Below are positions 48,301 to 58,463 of a stretch of DNA of 64,000 bases, one piece after another (within the stretch, counting starts at the first letter, position 1; the number at the start of each line of letters is the position of its first letter). Source of the stretch: Nitrospirales bacterium (GTDB taxonomy: Bacteria > Nitrospirota > Nitrospiria > Nitrospirales > UBA8639); assembly GCA_965203295.1 (NCBI GenBank), contig CBDBCZ010000014.1, positions 640,001 through 704,000 of the forward strand, read 5' to 3'. The translations under genes and the position numbers were made by a program. Under the pieces are notes generated by a model, which was not told the DNA's origin, did no database searches, and was given only the letters and a program-made list of their open reading frames with translations.

Positions 48301-50263
48301 ATGAGGGTAGCTATTATAACCTAAGAGGGATTTCTATGAAGCAGTGACATTGTACCAAGGTTGCCTGTTCAACAGACATATATACAGAAGCACTCAACCT
48401 CTAAGCCAAGGTTATTTTCAGACTGTTTATCCTGGTGTAAACTATAATCCCAGAAATGTGGCTCTTGGTATTTATATAGTACTGAGACGGATTCCCATCT
48501 TTAGTTTAATTATTCTTCTAGTGCGATGTGAAAGGGGGCTGTCAGTATGTAGGACATTTTCTTACAAGATTTGAGTTTAACCATGCGTTGCTTACTGAAG
48601 TCGTAATCTCTAGAGATATAACTACATAGACCATAATTGTTTCTCACTCTCTGAATTAACTGCATGAGATAAGGAGTGTGTACGTATGCTTACTTAGAGT
48701 GGGGAAGCTGTTACTTTTCCTCTCTCTCTGGTAGCTAGAGGCTGTGGCTTTTGGTATCTCTGGAATACAGAGACAGATTCCCAATTAGCTAGGAATGCGT
48801 ACCTTTCCTGACTTTGTGCGATCTCAACGTGGGCTGTCAGGGGTACCGCGCGCATGCAGAAATAAAGTGGAATGCGTTACAGGGAAATTTGACAGGAAAT
48901 CTGGCAGTTTAGGTACAGGACAGTATAGGATAGGGTAGAATTTCCTTTAAAATCATGAAATTCTGCCCTATTCTATACTACCTTAAATTGTACCTGAAAT
49001 ACCAGATTTTCTGTCAAATTTCCTTGTAACACGTTTCAGGAAATTCCACTTTTTTCTGCATTTTTTTACTGTACATGGTTGCTTACATGATTCCTTCTAG
49101 AGCTGCTTGCCGCGATTAGGTACTGCATAGTTTGTCTATTTTCACATTTTGTTCTGTCTGCTGTCTTTAAAGGAGAACTATGAACGCTAAATTAGAGCTG
49201 GGATGTGTTTGGGAAGCAGTCAATTATTTTTTCTCCCTGGTAGCTAGAGAGTGTGGCTCTTAGCATCTTCAAAATGCAAGGACTGATTTCCTATTAGTTG
49301 TGCAAAGGAATATCCTTACTTCAATTCTTCAAATACAATATTTCACGGAGTGGGCTCTTAGTGGTACGAATCCTTACACGGTTCTTTCTAGAGTTGCTTG
49401 CTGATGTAGTATACTGTATTAATTTACTAGTTGTTTACCACCTATTGTTTGTACCGAATATCTCTAGCAGATCATTGTGAGAACATATGAAAAGTAATAG
49501 ATGTATGGCGGGGATGAAATTAGGATGCAGTAGCTGCTCCAATTCTCTCTGGTAGAGAGAGGTTGTGGCTTTTGGTGTCCACCCTTCTTCAGGTATTGAA
49601 GTGCTATCTCAAAGTGGGCTGTCAGGGGTAGTGTTCCTGACTTGGTTCCTTACATGGTTCCATCTAGAGCAGCGTATTACGATTTTGTACTGCATATAAT
49701 TTGGTTTGTTTTCACATTTATCCTGTCTTCTTTCCCTAAAGAATCATTGTGTTCACATGTGGAGAGTAAAGTATGCACTTACCAGAGTAGGCAATTATTT
49801 GGGAAGCACTAACTGCTCCAATTCTCTCTGCTAGGAATACACTGATCTCAAAGTTGGCTATCAGTACAAGACACGGTTCCTTATTAGACGTTTCCTCAAC
49901 TGTTGATTATTAATGGCTCATTCCACTTTGCTTATTGAAGTTGTGTTCTGTGTGACTAATTATCTCCCACCTATGTTTCATTTTAGCAATCACTAATGGC
50001 AAACACAAGAAAGGTAATGTGTACAATTAATTAGAGTTGGAAATGAAATTGGGAATTTGGTTCAATAACCTCCCTGTTCCTTGAATAAAGACTTCATTCT
50101 TCTGTACTTTAATTCAACCTCAGCGTGATCTGCATACTGTTTCTTGCGCAGTAAGAGCTACATGTAGTAAGTTTAGCTTGGTCATACCTAAGTACATGCA
50201 TGGTCTACGTTATTGTACACACATTCGTAGGCATACAGCAGATCTAGAGCTCAGCCTGTCCAG

Positions 50264-50400
50264 GTAGCTAGAGTGCGATAATATTTCCTAGGCGCTACCG
50301 TATTTCCTAGTACTAGTAAATTGAATCGCTCAGCGATAGTATTTCCTAGTAAATTCTGTCGCCGCGATCGAATTTCCGAGCGATCGAATTTACTGTGACA
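50264..50400 (-). mobile_element. Opposite TIR of the same Ginger-like element
   Basis: Reverse complement of 28586-28712 ending CTGTGACA, followed by CCGT. The inner flank differs from that of the 28586/32184 end. Confidence 0.78.
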
Positions 50401-51108
50401 CCGTGTCTTGTACTGACAGCCAACTTTGAGATCAGTGCATATTCCTAGCAGAGAGAATTGGAGCCGTACCTCTCATTTCATGTATTATTGGTATCGAGAA
50501 CGCGACAATGAACCGACAGCTAGCTAAGAAAAAGGAACCACGAAGTAAATAAATGCGGGGGCGGGGCACGCTACGATATGCGCCACGCGCGTCAATGCTT
50601 TTCGCGCCAGCTCACGCAGCTCTTGACTGCGTAAGAAAGTTGAACTCTCTAGAATTAAAGTGCGGAAGAATGAAGTCTCTATTCAAGGAACAGGGAGGTA
50701 TAGGTATTATCAAATAATTTGTAGCAAGACCTGACAGTTTTCAATTTATACCCCATGCACATAGCAGTTTCACGAGTTCACATGAAACAGTAATTGATTG
50801 TAGGTATCTATCAATGGATGCATGTAAAGAACTTTGAGATTATACTTCTTTGTAGTATACTGTGTGGGCGGATCAAACACTCTGGGAAGTAAATATCAGT
50901 GATAATTCCCTCTCTAAATATATTTCCTTTTCCCACAGGGCAGAAGTACAGCAAAACATGATTATAAACACAACAGGGGTAATTATTGCGACAGTTATAC
51001 GCATAAATAATATTATGAATATTCAAAATTCAAGCGCGCACGTGTACTGTACTAATATAATTATAGCTACTAAGCGCACGTGTGGAGAAGTTCAGAGCAC
51101 TGCTGCCT

Positions 51109-51684
51109 TTACAGGTCGTCCAAGAACTGCTTGACTTCGTTGTATGTAAGTTCAAATGGTTGTGCGAGTGGGGCTTTTGGGCCAGGCTGTGGGGTTGTGT
51201 TTATGTTGATGACACATCCTTGCAGGTTCTGGAACTGGAAGGAGGAGGGTCCGGGTACAGGTCCTGCAGTCAAAGTAGGTGGAGCTTGAGCGGTCCAAGG
51301 ATCAGTGCGTGGCTGCCAAGAGTGCTGAGTGTGCGATAGGATTGCCGAGACATTCCTGTACTGATGCTCCGATGTATTCTCGTAGCGGCGGAGTGCATCT
51401 AGGCTTTTATGTCCAGTTCGCTGCTGTATCAGCTTCTCTGGTACGCCAGCCGAGAATAGCTGTGTTGCCCCAGCAGCCCTCAAGCTGTGGTTGGTTTTGT
51501 TGCCATGGACCCCAGCTTCAGCGCACATATCCTTCACCATACTTTGAAGGGAATTCCAGCCGATTGGTTGAATACTGAACCACGCCTTACTGGGATCAAC
51601 AGGTGTAGCAGCCAGAGGACGAAGATAGAAATTGTCCCTTTCAAAATGCACAAAATGCAACGGACTATTTATACAGCTTGCCAA
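51109..51684 (-). pseudogene. C-terminal fragment of a Crypton-type tyrosine recombinase (DUF3504/ZMYM/KCTD1-like)
   Basis: FYLRPL..WFS.QPIG.NSL..MC..AG..TNHSLRA.GAT.LF.AGVPEKLIQQRTGHKSLDALRRY: HxxR, H and catalytic Y present; 5' part missing. Confidence 0.85.
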
Positions 51685-51841
51685 AAAATATTGTCTCTGG
51701 ATGCAAGTCTGACTCTAATATTGTAACAATTACAACAACGCAGTGTCTATTGACACCGACCGTCGGTGCCAATGCCGGTCATCAATACGCTATTGGCACC
51801 GATCCATCACATGCACCTTTGCCGGTTTTATCGTTGTAGAA

Positions 51842-53926
51842 ATGGCGCAAATTCCTGAGACGGGGAAGAAGTTTGAGAGTTTTGACCAGGTAACTCAGCT
51901 TTTGGACCAACTAAAAGAAGCAAATCATCCCCTGCGTGTGTACAACAGCCAAAGTGTCGATGAGTACAATAAAAGACGAGAGAAAGCCAAGTCACCCCTG
52001 GATCCTGTGGATAAGAAATGGCAATATACTTATTACAGCCTTCGGTGCGTGCATTATGGCCAGGCCCGCAGCAGGAGTAAAGGTATAAGGCCTAATCAGA
52101 GACATTTTGCTATGGATTGTCCAGCCAAACTCACCATATCGTATGACAGAGGGGCTAAGTGTCTTGTTCTCAGAGAGTGCTTATTACAGCACAACCACCG
52201 CACAAGTAGTGAGATCATGGTACACTATCCATCAAGCCGTAGGCTGAATGAAGTTGAGAAACAAAGAATCAGTGAAGTGCTTAGCCTTAAACCTAACAAT
52301 TAGCATTTGAAAGATCACATTCAGCAGAAATATGGCAAGATGGTTACGCTTAAAGATATTCAGAATCTGAAAGCAAAAATCAAGGAAGATGCCAAGAAAG
52401 GACGGAGAGATGAACAAATTCTTCTGGATTCACTTCAGGATGCTCTGACAAAGGATGCAAAAGCTAAAGGTGGTATTGCAGTTAATGAGGACGATGAACT
52501 TGCTGTTCTGTACTTCCAGTCAGGTCACATGTCTGATATGTTTGAAAGGTTCTCTGAGATACTCTTAATTGATGGAACATATAATGTCAACAGCCTTGGT
52601 ATGCCTCTTTACTGTTTTATGGTAGAGGATGGCTTTGGCTATGGTAGAAATGTTTTCTATGCAGCCACAGCTGAAGAGAATGCACCACACCTGTTGAAGA
52701 TTATCCAGTCATTCAAAGCTTCCAATTCATCCTGGTCTCAGGTTCAAGTTATTGTTATTGACAAGGATTTTACAGAGTTGCAAACTCTACAACAAGAGTT
52801 TCCAAGAGCTAAAGTATTATTCTGCCAGTTCCATGTCATAAAATACCTCTTCAAACAGCTAGCGGAGTTGGATATTGCAAAGGAGAATCGCGAAGAGGCT
52901 CGTGAACTAATTCGAAGACTGGTCCATGCCTGTAGTGAAACAGAATACACCGATCTGAAAGGTGAACTCCTGCAAGTGTGCAATGATGCATTCAAGCAGT
53001 ACTTTACCAAGTGTTGGGACACTTGCAAGGTACAATGGGTCTCTTTTCTCAGGGATGAATACCTTCACCTAGCAAATACTACCAACAATCGTCTTGAGTG
53101 CCATAACCAAAAGTTGAAGGATGTTACCAGTCGATCAATGTCCCTATCTGAAATGTTTGCAAATGTTTTGCTGTTTTGTCGAACCAATGCTGCTGAGTAT
53201 TCACACAAGTCCTTTACTGAGGAATTCACTTCTCGCAACACAGAAAATGATGACATTTCCGGTGTACGTGAAATAACGTCCACTTGCACAGCGTATGCAG
53301 CAGATAGAGTCGTAGAACAGTTAAAGCTGTCTCAGACTATTCAGTACCAACTTACAAGTGAAAGTGATGGAATGATGCCGGATTTTGTGGTAGCATACAA
53401 TGATCATCATCATCGTGTATCCCTTGCCACAAATAGCTGTTCTTGTAGCTTTTCAAAAACAATGGGACTACCATGTCGGCACCTGTTTGTTGTTCGTGCA
53501 GCACAAGAGCTTCCAGTTTTTGACCTAACAACAGTGGCTAGAAGATGGCACAAAGACTACCAGATATTAGTTGGAGTTGGTGCCGAAGGCCAAGAAAATG
53601 AATCTGAAAGAGAATGCCCAGTGTTGGACCAAGAGAATGAATTAGAAGAATGTCCAGTGTTAGACCAAGTAGAAGGAGAATGCCCACTGTCCGTATCCTC
53701 CTTGTTGGTGAAGTCACGACTTAGGGGAACTCTTTCAAGAAATCAAAAATACACAAAGGTAGTTGGACTTGGACAGAAGCTGGCAACGATAGTCTCAGAG
53801 TGTGGAATGCCAGATTTCCGAAGGAGGTATGATGTCATTGAATCTATTATTCACTGTTGGGAGAAGAATGTGGAAATTGAAGTTGTTCCAATCCAGGATA
53901 CACCCATGACCTCTTCAGCTGGGGAG
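51842..53926 (+). pseudogene. MULE transposase exon (ZSWIM3-like N-terminus, DDE, SWIM finger) with one in-frame TAG at 52301-52303
   Basis: LIDGTYNVN, VIDKDFTE, FCQFH, TTNNRLECHN, CSCSFSKTMGLPCRH. ORFs 51743-52303 and 52307-53947 are in the same frame. Confidence 0.88.
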
Positions 53927-54754
53927 GTTAGTTCATTTAAGTATTAATTTATTATTACTAATTCTAATTTTGTCATAGATGGTAAGGCACTAATGATTGT
54001 TTAATAATACACATGTAGGACTTACCAGATTGTGATGTTCCACGGGCTAATGATGCCAAGTGTGAGGAATGTGTGAACCTCTATGAGGTTAGTTTCATCC
54101 CTGTGCAACAACACTTCTTGGAGGTGTTAGGCTATGATTACATTTACATTGTACATTACACAGGAGATACAGGAAGTGAGTGCTCTGATGGATGGAGATG
54201 GGGATCTGTCAGTGATTAGTCCAGTAGATGATGTCATTGAAGACAAGTCTTGCAGAGTCAGTGAAGTAAGCAATAACTAAATGGTACATACCTACTGCCA
54301 TAGAGGTTACTACATACCGGTACATTCATATATGCATTGTCTAGGAAAACAGTACACCAGGAAAATCAGAAGTGGATACGGATAATACTCTGGTTGAGAA
54401 AGACAATGTATGTTATTCCGTGTATATAGGAGTGCTACTGATGTGTATGCAGCCCACTCTCCACCATACTATACGCACACACATGCACACATGTATAGGC
54501 ATGCAATTTTTTGTTGTCTATTTTTATTGTAGTATATTTATCTCCAAACAGGATTGAGCTCAAATCTTATATCTAATACAGGTCTGTTTTTTGGTTTTAG
54601 CTAATTGCTCCCTGCAACCTATTATGCTGTAGGTATCAGAGGTCCCATCTCCTGTGCACAATGATGGTGAAACCATTGCTGATGGCAATCATAAGGTAAA
54701 TAATTGTATAATGGTATGCTTACCACATTTGACTTTTATTGCTATACCTTGCAG

Positions 54755-55931
54755 GACTGCAATTCTTTGCGGCTCTCTATTCTTCGTGAGAAACTTAGAC
54801 TAAAATCGCATGTAAAGTGCAAAGGACGACCGAAGCAAAGCAGTAAACTCTGGCCATCGAAGAACAAAGGAAAGAAAACTGGTAGTTCAGCTAGCACTGG
54901 CAAAGAGAATTTGCAATTGAATGGCAAAGGTTCCCAACATGGAAACAAGAGAGCAGCAAACCCTGAAAAGGAAGATCCCATCTCCCCAAAAGCAAAAAGG
55001 CAACGACATCAATCTCATGATGTAAAAAGAGGTCGTCTCTATCAGCCTGGGACACCTGCTTACCGCTCCAGAATGAAGAGGGAAAGGAGTCGCAAGAAAG
55101 CAAAAATTGCAAGAGATGCATGTATCAGGGAAGAGGAATTAATTACTATTCCATATGATGTCGATGAACCCACTGAGGAACAGATTTGTATGGTGTTCTC
55201 TGAAACAAATCTCTTGCACTCTGATATTGAAATATTAGAGAGTTCTGACAAGTGGCTCAATGACAAGTTGATCAACGCCGGGCAGGTACTGATGAAGGAG
55301 AAGTTTGGACATGTTGCTGGACTTCAAGACGTTGGGCGAAGTAATACACTTACATTTGAAGATGAGTCAGAAGAAAGTAATTTCATTCAGATCCTGAACT
55401 GCCATGGGTCACATTGGATTTGTGTAACCAACATGAACTGCAAGCCCAATGTAGTGAAAATTTACGATAGTATGCGCACTGGAGATGTGCCAACCAGCAC
55501 CAAGGAAGTCATTGCTTCCCTACTGCACCTACCACAAAGCTACATCTTTCTCATTTTCCCTGATGTACAACAACAGTCTGGAGGCTCAGAGTGTGGACTG
55601 TATTCTCTAGCATTTGCCTACACATTGTGTAGTGGGAAAGATCCAGCTACGATTGAATATGATCAATCCCTGTTCCGTGTTCATTTCTTAAACTGTCTCA
55701 AAGAAAGAACTATTGCATCTTTTCGACACTGCCCTCGGCTGTATATACCAGAAGAACCACTTTGGCGAAAGTTTCGAGTCTACTGCTATTGCCGCCTTCC
55801 TGACACCGGAGACAGTATGGTCCAGTGTTTAAACTGCCATGAGTGGTTTCACTTTACCTGTGTAGATCATACAGAAGATTGTGATACAAGTTAGTGAGGA
55901 CTGGTATTGCCAGAATTGCCCAGTGCTGTAG
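54755..55931 (+). pseudogene. Terminal exon of the MULE gene: Ulp1/C48-like peptidase plus PHD finger, frameshifted at ~55891
   Basis: WLNDKLIN, HWICV, IYDS, QQSGGSECG; YCYCRLP..MVQCLNCHEWFHFTCV, with EDWYCQNC continuing in a shifted frame. Confidence 0.82.
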
Positions 55932-55964
55932 CATTCTTCATTTTAATTTATCGTCATAAATAAT

Positions 55965-56143
55965 TGGGGCGAGCACAGCGAGCCCTGTACTAGCGAGGTC
56001 AATGCCAACTCTGTTTGTATGTATGTCATCGACCGACCTGTATGTATGTCATCGACCGACCGGTCGCATTGCGCATGCGCAGAAACATGCTAAGCACATG
56101 TTGTAGTTGCGCTCGCCCCACAAATGCTCTGCATTCTCCTAGT
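55965..56143 (+). mobile_element. Short HINE/DINE-1-like element nested in the MULE 3' region
   Basis: Same ends as 44350-45330 (TGGGGCGAGC...GCTCGCCCCA-AATGCTCTGCATT-CTAGT); internal tandem TGTATGTATGTCATCGACCGACC x2. Confidence 0.8.
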
Positions 56144-56334
56144 TATTACGCTATAGGCGTAGCTACACGTGCGCGGTTGCATTGCGAATCCTGTGGCCAC
56201 GTGGCTACAATTTAATATACGGCGGGCGATCGGTGGCAAAAGAAAGCTCGTGGCTCTTATTGACAACGAATCGGTGGTAATAGGTATTTTATGGCCCTTT
56301 TTGACACCGACTGTCGGTGTCAATAGCCTCGGCC

Positions 56335-58463
56335 TTTTTTTTTTTGTCAATGCAATACAATACAAATGAGACAAACAGTTAGTGCGAAATAAAAGGATAG
56401 GTAACAGAAGATAAAGATAACAAAATAAAATAAACAATATTTCACATCTGTGTAAAGAAATTCGATAGAGAAATCGATAGTTTAGTAGGAGAGGTGCCTT
56501 TCCGCCACACCCAGCTCCAGGCTGGCATCGGGTACACGGTGGGAAGACGATCGGCTACCCCGTATACACATCACTGCGGACCTCAGGAGGGAGAAAGACA
56601 GTGAGCATCTCATCCACGCCATGGTAGTGCTGTAGGCTACATTGTTCTTATTAGCCAGCAGATCAGCAAGGCGCTTGTAAAAAGCAGTGGCCTCCCTGCC
56701 CATACCTCCAGTGGTGGCGAAAACTAGGGGTGTGAACGAGGCCATTTCGACCTCACGGATCCTGTCTCCGTATTCTCTCTTTTTGGCCTGCTCATGCTTA
56801 CGGTACATGGTTGGGATGCTGGTGTGACGGTAACTTGGCGCGTTAGGGTGAAAAACCCGTACGTCAAAAAATGCACCTTGCTGCCGTCCCCAGAAGCCCC
56901 TTGCTCTGATGTCTGCCCTGGCATCCTCCCGTCAGTTGGCTGATTGAGGTATGATGGTTTCTCCCGTCAGCGGTAGTAGTGGGGGCTCCCTCTCGACATC
57001 GTGGCATACTTCACTAAGCCAATTGGCCGTGATGTCACGGATGTCATTGTGTCTCAAAATAGGTAGGCCTCCATGCCGGCAAATCATCGCGTGGTCTGCC
57101 GAAAAGGGAGTACCGCAAATACAGTGTCGCGGTGTGTTCTGTAACTGCCACCCGTACCGCAGACTCAGTGCATCTCGAAACTCTTGTTTGTTTAGGTTAA
57201 AGCCCTGATCCTGCAGTGGGAGAGCGGTTAGCCATATAGACGAGCCTTTCTCGCTGGCCAGCTCCATTGCGCGTTGTAGGGAGCCTGGAAGTTGCTCTCT
57301 TATTTCCTGCGCTGCAGCGTCGAGGAGGTGTCGTTTTTGGCGGATCAGCGTTGACTTTATGGTGTTGAGTTGCGGTTTGGAGAAGGTGTCTGACTGATTG
57401 ATGATCATCTCCATCAGTGGTGCACTGATCTTTCTAGAAGCAGACAGTTCGCTCTCAGCAACGGCTACAGGGTTTGTGATGTTCAGACCGCCATAGCGAG
57501 CAGGAAGGGCAAACAGCCTTCTCTCTTCTGGGGAGCAAGGCTCTCGTCCAGTCAATGCTGGGATGAACTGCTGGTGTATCACCGTTTCGAGGGGCTGAAA
57601 AAGTGCACTTGAGTCACTGATAGTCCGCATCACGTACTTCCACTTGGCAGTAACCCCATGCACAAAGGCTGCATAGGCTGCATGTGGTTGACTGAGTGCT
57701 AGGGTTGAGAGGGCAGAGATTTCGGCTGACCACTTGTCCACTTTGAGGGAGACATATTCTTCTGCGAATGAGGGTGTGCCGATGGCGGCACCCAAGTGTC
57801 GTTGGCCTTGCGGAGTTACTTGCACTTTCGTATTTGCAAACATTCTCTCTGCCTCATTCATAAGATCTGGCTTCACTACCAGATGGGTCTTGCTGGCATT
57901 TGGGTAGTACCCAAAAGCAGGCCCAATCTCGGTGAGGTGTTGCCACCACTGTAGTAGAGCCCTCAGTTTACCTGCCGCTGTCGCATCATCCGCGAACCAG
58001 ACCTGCTTCACATCTGATGCCAATTCTCTGAGCTTGCGAATCAGTGGAGTTACGGCTAGGGCATACATCGCCATCGCCAAAGGGTCCCCCTGTGTGGTTC
58101 CCTCAGTTGATTCGATCTCCCCTTCACCCATGATGAAAAGTCTCACGGGAGCACGATATGTGTTACTGAGGACCGTGGACATGGCTGGACAGAGCACTCG
58201 AATGTTGTGAAGAGCGGCCTGGCGGTTAATCACATTGAAGGCATTAGTTGCATCCACTAGCAGAACTGCGTCTGAGTCATCGTCAGAGTAAATCTCTTTC
58301 ATAGCGTGCACAGCAGCCTCACATCCAGCTTCATGACCGGCGCATGTCTGCAAAGGACCTGCAGCTGATTGGATGTCATCACCAACAGTCCTCAGGATCA
58401 CTTTAGCCACAATCCTTCTTGGAACCTCGCCGATTCCAATGGGTCTGACACCTGGATTTTTGT
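56335..58463 (-). mobile_element. 5'-truncated CRE-like (RLE-endonuclease) non-LTR retrotransposon
   Basis: RT motifs GVRPIGIGE, VDATNAFN, GTTQGDPL, WFADD; CICG..H..C knuckle; RHN..E..RADI..D..KKREY endonuclease. One in-frame TGA at 56932-56934, stop at 56482, AT-rich 3'UTR and A11 tail at 56335-56345. Confidence 0.9.

Larger units (their letters stand above)
31524..50063 (-). repeat. Right arm of inverted segmental duplication
   Basis: Reverse complement of 8670-29246 apart from four arm-specific insertions, one 1.8-kb deletion and scattered SNPs and small indels. Confidence 0.96.
51743..56330 (+). mobile_element. Mutator-like (MULE) DNA transposon
   Basis: Imperfect ~60-bp TIRs containing the palindrome TTGACACCGACnGTCGGTG(C/T)CAA and enclosing a transposase gene. 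No TSD found, so the exact ends are uncertain. Confidence 0.8.

Noticed and set aside
52301..52303. Programmed readthrough or alternative genetic code at single in-frame stops (also 56932, 16029)
   Set aside because: The stops are of different types (TAG, TGA), each is one substitution from a sense codon, the sister CDC50 copy has TAC, and frameshifts co-occur. Ordinary decay explains them.
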